Shown: one piece after another, positions 1 to 13,379 of the stretch
How the letters are laid out: every line of letters starts with the position of its first letter
Position numbering within the stretch: position 1 is the first letter of the stretch
The notes under the pieces: generated by a model
The model's input: the letters and a program-made list of their open reading frames with translations, nothing else
Told to the model about the DNA's origin: nothing
The model's database searches: none
Assembly: GCA_040285855.1 (NCBI GenBank)
Contig: JAUFOQ010000001.1
Coordinates: 1,984,001-2,048,000, forward strand
DNA: 64,000 bases
Reading direction: 5' to 3'
Source: Eukaryota sp. GEM-RC1
Taxonomy: Eukaryota
Position numbers and translations under genes: made by a program

Positions 1-876
1 GGAAGAGTATACTAATGCAAAGGCTGTCAATTTTCCATTCCAAATCGCTTTCATCATTAAATCTTCAGCAGCCTGTGCGAGTTTCAAATTTAACATTTTA
101 TCCCCCGATAGAAGGCCAGGAACATTCTTGTAGTAACAAAGTGGTTGTGTATTTCGAGCAACCCCAGTCACACAAGAAGAGGAAAATCCAACAACTTGAA
201 TGTTATCAGTTGCAAACTCGTCAGGCAGACAAACAAAAGGGTGGTCTTTTAAGTCTTTAAAGGTTACAACGTGATCTAATTCTTGTCTATCTAAACTCAT
301 CATGATGTGTGAAGCAAAGTTGCAGAGATGGGTGAAGTAGGTCGTTAACATTCGCAAACGACGATCACGGTTTGCTTCCTGGGCTGGCTTATCAGATTCG
401 GGACAGTTGTTAACCAAATCATATTGAACAGTGGGAGAGGCAGTGCCGTTCAAGGTCACTTTTATTAATAGTAACTGGGGTGAGCACTCAGGTCCATGAG
501 TTTTGTTTGGATTGGCAAAGGTTCCAACAATTAGTCCATAAAAAGGGCCGTGATAGGAGAACTGAAAGGCAGAACTGATAAACGTGGGTAAATTGGTGTA
601 TAGAAACTGTTTTATGAGATCTCTGGGCATAACACCATGAAACATTTCGGGGTCTTTTAGTTCCAAGCCAGAAAGAAAGTAGACCCGTCCATGTCGGACG
701 TAAGTGAAGCAGCAGTCCAAGTACTTGTGGACACTAAAGTAGCCGAAGGGAGGAACTAAATGATGGTCTGTGATTGTTCGGAAACAATGGAATTGGGACG
801 GGAACTTCGTAGAAAGCTGGTCTTGAAGCTGTTGAATCAGTTCCAATGCAATTTAAGGTCAAAGAACCGTATAAAC

Positions 877-1716
877 CATAGTTGCAAAATACAAAATACA
901 GTATGTTTTTGTATTCTGTATTTTTCTGTATTATGTATTGTATTTTTTTCTGGAAAAGTGTATTTGTATTTGTATTTTTTGCATTTCATTTATCAGCCCT
1001 AAAATCCCTTTAATTGATGAAAATGACTGACGTAAATGAGATAAACACTCGATAGCGAGTCTTGCTGATCAATTATACTATTGTTTGGTACAATTGGGTC
1101 ATGCAATCTAGTTTCACTACTGTCAGTCAGTGATGAAGACTCAAAACCCTGATGAGACGAGCTGCACGACACTCAGATTGATCCTGTTTTGAAGATGTAC
1201 GGGTAGTCTTTTGTATAACTCCACGGCAGTTTTTTCCGTGGACCCAATGAACATTTGAACCCTCGGTGCATTTTGAAATCGAAAGAACAATTCGGTTGAT
1301 AAATTAAAAGAAGTCTAAGAATGCGTACCAAAAGGGGAGCCATGATAACCCTGAAGATGAATCACTTTTGCAGTCGTTGGACTCAATACAGTTAGTTTAA
1401 TACTTGCATTCATTAACAAGAAAAAAAATACACTTAATACAGTATTCAGTATTGTATTTTTGTATTCTGTATCTGTATTGTATTTTTGTATTCTGTATTT
1501 TTTGTACTCTATATTAGAGCTGCCAAACGGTTCGGCTCAAGCCGTAAACCGAACGACTTGAGCCAAGTCATATCGAAATTTGGCTTGGCTTACTCAAATG
1601 GCTCAAGCCAAAGCCGAACCAGTTTGGAATTTTACAAGCCAAACCATTCGGCTCAAGCCGTTGACAGCTCTACTCTATATTGTATAATTATTTTGTTCGT
1701 GTATTTTGCAACTATG
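877..1716. mobile_element. Non-autonomous hAT DNA transposon
   Basis: TIR CATAGTTGCAAAATAC at 877 and its reverse complement ending at 1716; exact 8-bp TSD GTATAAAC at 869-876 and 1717-1724; subterminal TGTATT repeats. Confidence 0.85.
1515..1672. mobile_element. 158-bp hAT-type MITE nested in the 877-1716 element
   Basis: TIR TAGAGCTG(C/T)CAA at both ends; 8-bp TSD CTCTATAT at 1507-1514 and 1673-1680; internal GGCTCAAGCC repeats. Confidence 0.85.
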
Positions 1717-2416
1717 GTATAAACCCTTTCCATTAGACGGTATAAATGGCTGTAATCATATAATTACGAGACACTATGTAGATCAAGATTACCAAAATGA
1801 AAACAGCAATTAGAACAAATGATACTTCGAATATCAACTGTCATTAAAATTCAAATAGCCTACACAACTAGTACGCTTACACTGTTTAAATTGGTCACAC
1901 AAACCATTGTACTCGATCAAAACTGAGTATATATAGACACACACACGTTGCTGAATATCAAATATAATGAGCAATCATTTTAAACAAATACCAGAAAGGA
2001 GAAATGAGATCACCACTGCGAGTATGAAACACACTACAATTACTGCCATGATTTAATAGTAATAAAGAAAATCTTATAGACAAAAATGACAAAAATAACA
2101 CAGTATAATAGAATCTATGACACACTAGACTGAAAAAAAACTGAGATTTTGTTGATATTCGGTCAACAATTGTAAGACGATTAAAACTACAACATATCGA
2201 CCGGAGCAATTCCTAGCTCTCTTTCATAAAACAAAACGCTTCTGTCCAAGTCACTATAACAGACTGGAATTTATTCAAAAAATTTATAAGGTTCGTCGTA
2301 AAACCACTCTCTGCTGTCGTTATGGTCATTGACAAGGTCTTCCCATCTTTTGAACAGTTTACTTTCAGTGGTATGATTCTCTAATTCTACCTTCATGTTT
2401 CATCAAATCATTTTAA

Positions 2417-3984
2417 CCACGGTTTCAGAGTTGAATGGGAAAATACTTGTAAGCAGAAGAAAATGAAGACTGACACAACAACCAATTCACCAGGGAATTA
2501 TCCTTGATCAACACTCTACATCACATAAATTCACTAACCACCAAATCATCACTAGAACATATGCTCCAAACTCTGAAATTTCTGAAGTGTCACTGTATGG
2601 TACCTTTCAGGAATTTGATTGTAAAATGCAATCAAATTTTTATTAGGTTTGGATTGTAGTGGTATTGCTAAGACCAATCAAAATTTATATTAAAAATTTA
2701 TATAAGTTTCATTTGCTATTTCTATTCTCGATCACACTTGTTGATCACACGCGTTTTGTCAGTGTGATCACAATCACATCCACAATCACAACCACATCAC
2801 ACGATCACATGTGATCACAAGCTCAAATTGTGATCACAAATACTGTTTATTGGTAATAATAATGTATTATAATATTTATACATCTATTTATATCTGCCGG
2901 TTGTTCTTCTTCTGCCAACAACACTAAAGAACCACATTTCCACAACCAAAAGAACATCCCCCACTCTAGATTTGGTCTCAAATATTTAGTTGAGAATACC
3001 GAGATTCAAATTTTTGAATTTCCTGTTTTAGAAGAGGAGTATTAACATGAATAATCATCATGTCATCCAAATTATCGTTGGTCAATTTCAACCTTCTTTT
3101 GGGCACCTGGAAGTCAAATGAAGACCAATTCCTTTCTGTTGTAGATGCTGAACCAGTATGACCTGTTATTCTTTGAGCTAATTGACTCAACTGTGGATAA
3201 AGCTGTCTACCAACAGAGTACCATCATTGATGGATAGCGAAATCAATGACTTCAAAAGTAGTAAGTTTTGTGGTAAAATCTATTGTATGATATAGTATTG
3301 TTTGATATCTTATAGCACCCTTGACATTGAAAGTCTTCCTTACCTGATGTGTTTTCACGAACTTTAAAGAGCTGATAAAGCGGATTGTCTCTGTTACATT
3401 CGGATTGGAGAAAAGGAAGTGATGACATTGTGGGGAAATGGAAATGTAGGTTTCGAGCACCAGATTAGACTCCACACTGGTGCTCTATACTTTAGAGTGT
3501 TGTTGAACAATTAAAACTGGTCTAGGTTTATCACATACATGTGATATATTAATGACTTCACTTCAGAATGGATCACGTTTGAATCACAAGTGATGTGATC
3601 ACAAAAAGGCCAGTGTGATCACATGTGTTTGTGATCCACAAGTATGTTCGATACTATTGGTGAAACGGCTTCTTAGTTCTTAACTGATTTTGGAACTATG
3701 TGTAAGTCTCAAAATATGAGAATCAATTTATCAATTTGGCAAAACTGTTTAATTTTTCTCTGTTATACCGATGTCCAATTTTATGAAATCAACTATCACG
3801 GAGTTGTCTAACAAATGTGATATTCTTCACCAGGTGTTTTCGGTATCCAGTTTTGCATTGCTTTTATTTTGTTATTGATGTGTGTCGCCTTCATCTATAA
3901 TCAGTTCATAATTACAAACATATCTACACATATTTTATAAAATATCAAAATTAATTTTTCCCCCTCATCTCTAGACCTCGAATG
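2417..3984 (+). repeat. Segmental duplication, copy 1 (direct copy at 8875-9509), interrupted by a hAT insertion
   Basis: 2417-2732 plus 3647-3984 align near-identically with the contiguous 8875-9509. Confidence 0.85.
2733..3646 (-). mobile_element. Internally deleted hAT element with a C-terminal dimerisation-domain remnant
   Basis: TIR CA(C/T)ACTTGT(T/G)GATCACA; many TGTGATCACA subterminal repeats; minus-strand Q*WYSVGRQLYPQLSQLAQRITGHTGSASTTERNWSSF...KRRLKL (2978-3230); absent from the paralogous site at 9173-9178; flanks CTCGAT/TTCGAT. Confidence 0.85.
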
Positions 3985-4001
3985 TATTCGCTGTTGTGTG
4001 A

Positions 4002-4762
4002 GTGAGAGTAGGAGCATGGTTAATTTTTTTCGGTTTTGGGGACAAACAAATCCCTGAGGCTTCAACTGGGCCAGTAAGTAAACCCACCGACCAGTTTCAT
4101 CCAGAAGTGGTAATACTTCAGACACCTCAGATTTCTTCTTCTTCTTCTTTGGAGGAGGACGGACAACCTTACTTTGAAGGTTCTTATCCTTTTTTCACGT
4201 TTTGCAAGGCCCATCAATATGTTTTTCGACCAGTTTTAGCTCGGCTTTTGTTCGCCTCTTTTTTACATTCGAGTACTGACCCACTTCTCAAAACAGAGTA
4301 TCAATACAGTACTAGAGATGATCTTTTTAAGACTTCTGTAGAAGGTTTGCAACAGTGTCTATGCAACAACACGGTTCTTTTTCTGAAAAACTTCCATTCA
4401 CCAGTACTTCCAGTCATTAATTCAACTGGTTTGGGTAAGACAAGGCTTTTGTTTAACCAAACTGATAAGTTGATTAATGTTTATTTTGTTTCCCACGCTA
4501 TGATGGTGAGACTAAGTGCCCTACATGGCCTCCGACCATTCCATGGAGTCACTTTTTGTTTGATATTCCAGCGATAGTTGATGATGTTTGTGCCACTGTT
4601 CTTTTCTATGAGTGTCTTGTAGTGACTTTGTTGCTCAGTTCCGCTTCAGACTGTCCTAATTGGAATCTTGGAAGCTGTTTTACTCTTTCACTAAACAGGT
4701 CCGAGTATGCCCAGTTGATGGGACACCTTCTTTCCTCTTTCAAACAAAAATACTACAAGTGA
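4002..4762 (+). pseudogene. Fragmented P-loop NTPase gene, Crinkler-associated (CR) NTPase-like
   Basis: HSPVLPVINSTGLGKTRLL resembles the S(S/T)GxGK(S/T)RL Walker A variant; frameshifted at about 4490-4560. Confidence 0.4.
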
Positions 4763-5814
4763 TGTATACAAGACTATTATCCCTAAACACAAGTACAATG
4801 TCATTAAAAATTCAATGGTATATATAAAATAACTTTAAGAAAACTTACGTGTGTGAAATCAGCTTATCAAAGTTTTCTGAATAAATCGTAATAAGAGACT
4901 CTGAGTAAAGGAAGTTTCTTCCAGAAATCATATAGAATCACGAAATGTACGTGTGTATCGTAATACAAAAGAGAATTCACCAAGACCAATGCCAATGCCG
5001 ATGGAAGTGAACTTGTACAAAACCAATGACCTGCAATCTACGAATGACATATTTGGCACTATCTCCCCAAGGGTGAGTATGGTTGAAAGAAGTGGAAGAA
5101 CTACAACTATCGATTCGTAAGTCAACTGAGAGAAAAACCTGAGAAACACTCTCTTTAATAAAAAAGAGTTAGCCAATGGAAGTAGAAGAAGAAGAAGTTA
5201 TTGAGGAGTTGAGGACCAATGAAGGACAGAGCAGTACATTTGGACACAAGAAGTTAGGAAGAGTCAAATCAAACCGTAGACTGAACAGTGATAATGTAAT
5301 GAAATGTGCAAGACAGTAAAAGATAAGAGAATAGAGAAAAAGATTCAAGAACTAGTAAGACTCAGGAGGTAGACAGAAGGAATGACTAGAGAGCAAACAT
5401 TGATGTCGAGGATGAACTTCTTCGTTCACTAGTCCCTAGACTTCGCCTCTTAATCACGTCATTACGGGGTGGGCAGTCTGACTAACCAATAGCACAATAA
5501 AGCTACTACTTCTTCAACAGATCAATGGGAGAGATACCTAGCAGGATGTCAAGGAGAGGGAGTGACTTGAGTAAGGAACTGAAAGGAAGATCAAAGTTTA
5601 CGGAAAATGAACCGTAATGAAGTCGTCGCTCTATACCTTAAGAAGGATAGAAATGATCAAAAACCTTGTTCATGTATTACTACCTTCTTCTACATCGAAG
5701 AAGTCTCTTGATGACGTTTGCAACACAAAGGAACAACTTCGAAAGACTTGGTACATTGTGCTGACTACACCATCATTTTTCACTACTGATATCCGGTCTC
5801 GTTACTAACCCGTG

Positions 5815-6745
5815 ACATTCCCTTTCTCTTTCTATTCATTCACCGACTTCCGCTTCATCACGAACTCAACTTCCTCCCCGAAACTAAATCTGTTGGTCAC
5901 ATGACATCGTTTCTTGCCTCTTAGTCTATGGTTCCACTTCTTGGGGATTCTATCTCCCTCAAATCACCAATGACAGTCACCACATCCTTCGTGAAATCGA
6001 CGTCGTTTGTCCCGCGTCCAGAACTAAGATCGAACTAGAGCTAACATCAGATGAAGAAGTTGGTGACGGAACAACCTCAGTCATGATCCTCGCTTCTGAA
6101 CTCCTTGCCTACGCTAAACCTCTCTTCAACAGTCACCCCACCATCATCGTTGAAGATTACAACAAGCTTCTCTCCATTGCTTTCGCCGTACTAACTTACA
6201 TGAAACAACAAGGAGGTTTCAAACCTTGTCCAGTCTACTCTTGGTAATAAGTTTGTCATTGCATCGATCTCGTGTATAGTCCTCCAGTTGACGTTGTTTC
6301 CACTCTAACTCAGACTATTTATGATTAAACTAAGGAAATTGACTTTAAGGAGTTTGTTAGGGAAAGTATTTAGTGAAGATTACCTCAAACTAGATATCAT
6401 CCGCCCTCAAATGAACGTAATGCTTGAGAATTTCTGCGATGTGTATTTATACTACTATTTGTATATTTGTTAAATTATCGTTCAGTTCTATCATCAACTC
6501 ACGATAGTGAAAGCAAATTTCATTATTGATTTAGCTATCTTTAGTCTGTAGCGCGGACACTTGTTGCGTTATTTAAGGTAAGTGTATTCATTCTTCATCA
6601 AATCTTTTTTTTAAACCTAAATATGATTAGCTGTTCAAATCGGAATTCTATCATGGTTTTACATCGTTAAACTTTTGCTTTTTAGTATCGTCATCAGTTT
6701 GAAAATGTTGAAGTGTGCTTTGTATGAATACGAGTAAAGGAGTCA
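5815..6745 (+). pseudogene. CCT3: Repeat module with an N-terminal chaperonin CCT-gamma fragment, copy 1 of 4
   Basis: From 5963 reads ITNDSHHILREIDVVCPASRTKIELELTSDEEVGDGTTSVMILASELL...HPTIIV, then LVQSTLGNKF after a frameshift; GDGTT motif in CCT3-like context. Confidence 0.75.
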
Positions 6746-7899
6746 CGGAGAAGAACCACAGAGACACTCATGCTATCACTTCTGCTCACGTATTTAAGCT
6801 TGGAATCACAGGAGCTCATTGGAGAGAATCTAAAGAACTTGTTAGACAATAAATTTAAAATAATGTGATCTTGTTCCGATTGTTTGATGTGCCGAATTGT
6901 AATATTACATTCCACATCAGGATCTGAATCGAAGTGTTTTTTTTCTTTTATCTGAATTCTGCCGTCTGAAAAGATGAATTCGGCCTAACTCATGAAATTC
7001 ATTCAAAGTTCAAGACTGTTGCTAAGATGGATTCATACAAACTCAAGGTAGAGTTATAAAAGCTTGCGTGAGGAAAGATGACGATACTGAGAGGCAAGAA
7101 TTTTGGTAAATGACAGTGTTGCCGTAAGGTCAACGTTGATAAGAATAAAGAAGAAAGAAGAGTTTGTTGTTAACAGAGAAATCCTTAAGACTAAGTGACA
7201 CGTCATCAGAAGGGAAGATATCTACTAGGTATCGCTATCTTCACTAACAATAGTCAACATCAACTAAATTGGAGCGCTGTGGTACTGTGTCACTCCATGA
7301 AGAACTACCCACCGTCATTCTATGCTGCTCTTCTAGAAACTGACTCCCCGGCAACAGCAGTGTTTGTTTAGAAACCTTTCGGCTCGAAAATTGTAGCTAG
7401 TTAAACGTGTAGCCACGGAAAACAAGATTTCTAAAAGACTTTTATTACCTGGAAGTAATTTGACACATCTGATGAAAGTAGTCCAATTTGAATTGATATA
7501 CTGAATCTTCCACAGAGCTAGAGAAGCCTTTTCTTACTGCTTTTCTAAAAACAGTAAATCAGACAGTCTCAGGACACGTGTGTTCGCGGTAAAACTGTCC
7601 AATTCAAAAGTCTTTGTCCACTGATCTGTGATATCAAAATTAATCAAAAATTTTTGAGAAAACATCTTTGCAGTTATTTAAATTAGACTTAAGCTCACCT
7701 AACTTCTTTAACAAAGTAAATAATATGCAAAAATCAGAAGGATTGTATAGCAGACTAATGCAGATAAGTGACATCATGGTCCAACGACTTTTTAAAGTTT
7801 CTGAATTACAACGTGGCTGAGATAAATTTGGGGGCCATTAAGTTGATTAGAATATTTAGTAAATGTAAGTGTAAGTAACAGAAATCGGCATAGAACAAC

Positions 7900-8482
7900 T
7901 ACAGGCATCGACGAGTTGGAAACCCAATTCGTACATGAAAAATGAGGGGAAAGTACTTGATAATTGTTAGTGAGATCTAATCGAGTGGATGTTGAATTCG
8001 TACTTGGAAAGTAAAGAGGTAGACTTTGCAACTGAAAGCTGTTTGAAGGGGTTGATTAATTGGAATTCGGTATTAAACAGCAGAAAAGAAATTAGAAAGA
8101 GCTCTCATCATGGTTTTTCAGCAAAGTTTCTCAATTAGTAGTACGGAGTTACTCCATAATGTTTATCCCTGATTCCACAACTGGCGATTGTCAATGATAT
8201 TATAAATTTCCTTAATGAATTTCCGGCGAACTTTGTATAAACAATGAGCCTCTGTTGAAACAGACATTAACAGCAGTCAAATATTATCCAAAAAAATTAA
8301 AGGCCGTTAATCGTGGAAAATTGTGTACACGAATTCTTTTGGGTGTGTTAGATCACATTGAAACAGGCATTGAATTAGATTATCAGACATATTTCGAACT
8401 ATTTCGAACTCCAGCTTTGTTATCAACTTTTGACTGGAGTTTATCAAATTATTTGCAGTTGGACTCTCGGCTTTGTAACTGA
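7900..8482 (+). pseudogene. Decayed mid-region of a probable CR-NTPase-family gene
   Basis: Broken motifs VYP..PQLA (compare YPSEPxLA) and NRGKLCTRILL (compare GxxGELxxRILL); several stops and frameshifts. Confidence 0.3.
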
Positions 8483-8874
8483 GAATGTTTTATCCACTCA
8501 GAGATTGTTAATTTAAATAAAGCAGAATAAATGCACGTGAAACTGATGACTGCTTAGCAGGAAAAGGACTAAATAAACCCTTTTACTATTGATGTCAAAT
8601 ACTACTCTTTCTTTTACTTTGCTTTCCTGGAAAGCGCAAATCCAAAATTTATATTTTAAATGTCATTTCGATCCATTACACCACTGTTAGTTATCTATTC
8701 GTTCATGATAAATAAGAGCACATCAAATTAAAAGCGACGAATAAAAATTTTAATCGTAATTTGATGAAAGCTCAATCACAGACTTCTTGGGTGACAACTT
8801 GAACGTTACAACATATTCAAAATCCTGGCGATATCAGACTAATTCTGAAACAAGGATGAAACATGATTTGATAC

Positions 8875-9509
8875 CCACGGTTTCCAGAGTTGAATGGGAA
8901 AATACTTGTAAGCAGGACAAAATGAAGACTGACACAACAACCAATTCACCTTCATCAACACTCTACTTCACTTAAATTCAATAACCACCAAATCATCACT
9001 AGAACATATGCTCCAAACTCTGAAATTTCTGAAGTATCACTATATGGTACCTTTCAGGAATTTGATTGTAAATGCAATCACATTTTTAATAGGTTTGGAT
9101 TGTAGTGGTATTGCTACACTCAATCAAAATTTCTATTAAAAATTTATATAAGTTTCATTTGCTATTTCTATTTTCGATACTATTGGTGAAACGGCTTCTT
9201 AGTTCTTAACTCATTTTGGATCTATGTGTAAGTCTCAAAATAGAGAATCAATTTATCAATTTGGCAAAACTATTTAATTTTTCTCTGTTATACCGATGTC
9301 CATTTTTATGAAATCAACTATCGCGAAGTTGTCTAAAAAATGTGATATTCTTCACCAGGTGTTTTCGGTATCCAGTTTTGCATTGTTTTTATTTTGATAT
9401 TGATGTGTGTCCCCTTCATCTATAAACAGTTCATAATTACAAACATATCTACACACATTTTAAAAAATATCAAAAATTATTTTTCCTCCTCAGCTCTAGA
9501 CCTCGAATG
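8875..9509 (+). repeat. Segmental duplication, copy 2, carrying the empty site of the 2733-3646 hAT
   Basis: Contiguous ...CTATTTTCGATACTATTGG... with no insertion. Confidence 0.85.
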
Positions 9510-10169
9510 AAGAATTTTGTTCTTCCACTTCACGACCCTGGACTTTTCTTCATGAATTGTTTCTTATGTCAGCAGTTGTTTTGGTCTTTACCTTTGTTTG
9601 TTCTTAAAGGTTGCTCCTTCCTTTCTCCAACAACTGATCTGATTCATGGGTCTCCTCTGTCGTAGTCTTATCCAGATTGTGGTTAGGTTTCTTTGGCTCC
9701 TTTTCTTATAACTAGTTTCCTTAAACTATTATCTGTTTGGATGTGTGGAAACGCCTGCCGTCGCTTTAAACCGCTCTTGGAGCATTTCAGATGGTAGCGT
9801 CCATAATAAGTACGGAACTACATACCAACATCTGTACAGTAATTCTTCGTTCTTTGCTTGTACATTGTGGAAATCGGCTTTGTTGATTTGATTGCTAGAA
9901 ATTCTTGAATCACATTTGGTATGCTTTGCATGTTTATTTTAATTCGCGCAAGTAAAATCCTACAAAAATTAACCGATTAATACTGAGAAACAGTCACAAT
10001 CTTCTATCGACTCTCTATATTTGACAGCTGATTTCTCCTATTTAAACCCCTCTGCAACAGACCCACGTCGACAAAGACTAACATGATAAAAATCAGCTGC
10101 CTTGAAATCAACTTGGCGAGTCCTGTAGCGTCAACAAGTCTTTGGCTACTACACTTGAAATCCCCTTAA

Positions 10170-10340
10170 TCTGATGTGCCTCTCAAAGTTGCCTTGGATG
10201 TAAAGAACTACAGGATTCAGTATGCAGAAGCACTGAACAAAATGGACTTCTTGTTTGTAGAAATGCGTAAGATAAAGAATTCTATGATACTTACACGCAA
10301 AACTCAGTTGCGACCCTTGAAAAGAAATGCTACTCATAAT
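10170..10340 (+). mobile_element. hAT transposase fragment of the same family as 30016-30972
   Basis: VALDVKNY...LNKMDFLFVEMRKIKNSMIL...LRPLKRNAT aligns to MALEVKHY...LKKLDLLFRELRHVKNSLIL...LRPLKRNATRW. Confidence 0.7.
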
Positions 10341-10488
10341 GATATTCATTCTTCACTCCATCGCCTTTCAGACTGGTGTTGTCAAGATCCTAGAAGATAG
10401 ATAAAGTGAACTAAAATAAATAAATATCCTAGATATTTGTTCTTAAAGAATTCAAATTGGTATATTTTACTTATATATTATTTATTGG

Positions 10489-11370
10489 GCCCTGAGGTTA
10501 AGTGAATATAAAGTGTCTCAGTTTCTCTTCTTGTGATTAGTTTTTGTTTAGTTGCTGCCAAAGAAAGTCTATTCCTTGAAGCTATAGAGGATATCGACGA
10601 TCGAAAAGACGAAGAGTTTTTAACAATGATGTTCAATGAAATAATTGGTCATATTGGCAGCCATTATGTCAATCTAGTTATTACTGATGGTGCACAACAT
10701 TATATGAACGCTGCTATGAACCAAACCTTCAAACTCAAACACATTCGTGGAATCCGTTGTGTTATTGGTATTCATACAATGAATTGCTTTTTAAAAAGAC
10801 AAATGTACATCAGAGTCTGGTCTCAAAATCCCTTCAATTGTTTTGCTCTGACAAAGGGCCACAAAGATCATCAACGTTGTACTAAACAAACCATTTGTCC
10901 GAAAATTGATGAAGTACCCACCAATGTAGTGAGTGTTATGTACTACTTTAAAATCATCATCGACTGCGACCTTTTGTTCTGTGTACTCGTTCTTTTCATC
11001 AGAATATTAAATTCATTGAGCAGCAGAATTGGATTTCGTATACTCTACTGGTGAATTGTTGTCTTGATTTAGTATTCTTGTTCCCCTTCTGTAGGTTACA
11101 CAGCCTGGAATCTGTTTGTCTTTGTACTCATGTGGCTAGTTTTGAGGAGCAGAACGATCATACTTCATGTGAAAACCACAACAAAACTGGACAAAACAAT
11201 TGGTCTTTTTCGAAGTCGTGTATGTAGTTTACAAATTATGTACTAAATTTCTGTGGTAAAATGTCAAGTGAACATTCCACTGATTAAGTTGTCAAAAGAT
11301 AAAAGGGGATGAAGTTCTGAGTGGAAGACTTTTCTTCAGCCACTTACTAGAACTACACTAAAATGAAATG
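10489..11370 (+). repeat. Duplicated block with a DUF659-type hAT transposase fragment (inverted copy at 40795-41675)
   Basis: FLEAIEDIDDRKDEEFL...IIGHIGSHYVNLVITDGAQHY...RCVIGIHTMNCFLK; near-identical reverse complement at 40.8-41.7 kb. Confidence 0.75.
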
Positions 11371-11719
11371 ATGAATCACTAACATCAATCGAGTAATGTA
11401 AAGAAACGGTGAAAGAGGGATTTCAGGGATGTTCAGTCACATATCATTAAACAAAAAAAATAAATATCATTAAACAGAAATAGACCTAAGCAGAAAGTTA
11501 GAAACACACCATGCAAAGATACATTTGATATCACTTTCTTGAAAAGACATTCTTCATGTGCTATAAACCACTTGTGTCTTGCTCCTTGTTAGGGATATAG
11601 CAGTATGTAGTAACATCTTGAAAATATACATAATACATAATACAACATAACAACAGATTTTTGGCCAGTTGCTGGAGAAACAATTAAACTTACATGTAAA
11701 AAATATTTCTAGCACTAGT

Positions 11720-12900
11720 ATAAAACCCATAAATACCAGGAATTCTTAGGAATAAGACAGTAACATCAATGAGAAGTGACCTTTGGTCTTATCAAAAATA
11801 TTTCCAATGAGTATGGATTTAACCAGTGATCAGTAAAACGACAGATTCTAATGATGAAAGATCGCTAACCATAACATCTTTGGAATGATCTCAGTGATGA
11901 GTTAGATCGAGAGATCAAGAACAAGACAAGTTTAAGGTTTTTGCTGATGAGTTAGAGAACGACTATTCGGAATATGAGTTATTACACGACGACGAGTAAG
12001 CCTGCATGGAGATAAGTAAGTACGGGTAGAAAAAGAGTGTAAATCGGAAGAGGAAGATAGAAACTCGAGCATCATGTACAACTGAAAGACAGAGTTGTAC
12101 ATTTGGACGTACAACAGAACGTAAAGGGAAAGAACGGACCTCACCAGCGAAGAAACATCGGAAAATGAGAAAATGAGCAAGGTAGCGATGATAAGAGAAG
12201 ATAAACGAAGATTATAGAACTGTGAAGACTCAGGAGGTAGACAGAAAGAATGACTAAAGAGCAAACGTTGACGTTGAGGATGAACTTCTTCATTCACTCC
12301 ATCAAGTATGGACTTCAACACTTGACCCCGTCTTTACGCTGTGGGACGTCTTCTCATACTCTCATTTGATCTTAATTCTTTCATCTGTCTTTGTATCCGC
12401 GCGTGAACTATCAATCAATCATCTCTCATGATAACTTCTTCCTTGTTTCTCGATGTCTCTACTCCTCTATCTCTACTCGTCGCTTATCTAACATATGTTT
12501 CTGTAAATGATAGGTATTCTTCTTAATCCAGGTATCCTCCTTAGCCTTGGATTATTAACTCAAGTGCATTTCTAATTGTAGGTGTACTCATCTCATCTTG
12601 TTTGACTGACATTGTCTATTGTATCACGTGATCAGTGATGACGTGTTCAATACTTCTCGCTTACTCTTCTGTTTGTTGATATCTCTTGATATTCTATTGT
12701 GAACGTGTTGATCATCTTGAAGGTCTCTTTTGAGATCATTTGTTAATCTAAAATTGTTTATCTGTTTTAACATTCATAACAGAATATTAAAAGTAAGTTT
12801 TATTATGTATTGTCAATTTCTTATTCCGCCATTTTCAATTTTTCCTCCAGGTTACCATATTATTACGATCTTATAATTCCCTACAAAACCCTACCTCAAC
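11720..12900 (+). repeat. Dispersed repeat family 'U' of unknown origin
   Basis: Homologous to about 39805-40640 (inverted), 60070-60640 (direct), 63480-64000 (inverted) and a fragment at 5330-5430 (direct). Confidence 0.8.
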
Positions 12901-13379
12901 TTTGTAGTTTACTTCTGAAAACTAGATCCAGTATTATTTGAATTCCTTGAGATCCATCTACTCTTCAAATACATTCTAAATAACTTCTTCTTCTGACAGA
13001 AGTTCATCTTCAGTTCTTGAAAGCGAAAGAACTGGTCGACTCGAAAATTAGTTCGTTCGAAAGAGAACTTATCAGATGTAAATCTTCTGTAACGACTGGA
13101 AGATTTACCAGCTTTCTCGATATAATGGTCCATATTTTCGTATTCGTCAATGAGATCGTTGATTGTGATAACGAATGAACAAAGCTCTTAGAAGACAGAC
13201 CTGAAACGTATCGAATCAACTAGACCTCATCTAGCCACACAGTTTAGTTGCATTGCAGGACAAATTAACACTGATTTCTTTACTTAACGAGTACTATAAA
13301 GACTTGTTTTGAATGTCGTCAACACTCACAGTTCTACAATCACTACAAACATCAGTTAACATGATCTATATTTCAAAAT

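Noticed and set aside
2733..2840. CRISPR-like arrays of short palindromic repeats (also 14365-14455, 26945-27030 and 29700-29835)
   Set aside because: Repeats are 6-10 bp, irregularly spaced and adjacent to TIRs, so they are hAT subterminal motifs. There are no constant-length spacers or cas genes.
11932..12321. Ubiquitin-like or membrane protein ORF (HPQRQRLLFS...)
   Set aside because: It is part of repeat U, the frame is broken differently in other copies, and the hydrophobicity reflects the T/C-rich strand bias.
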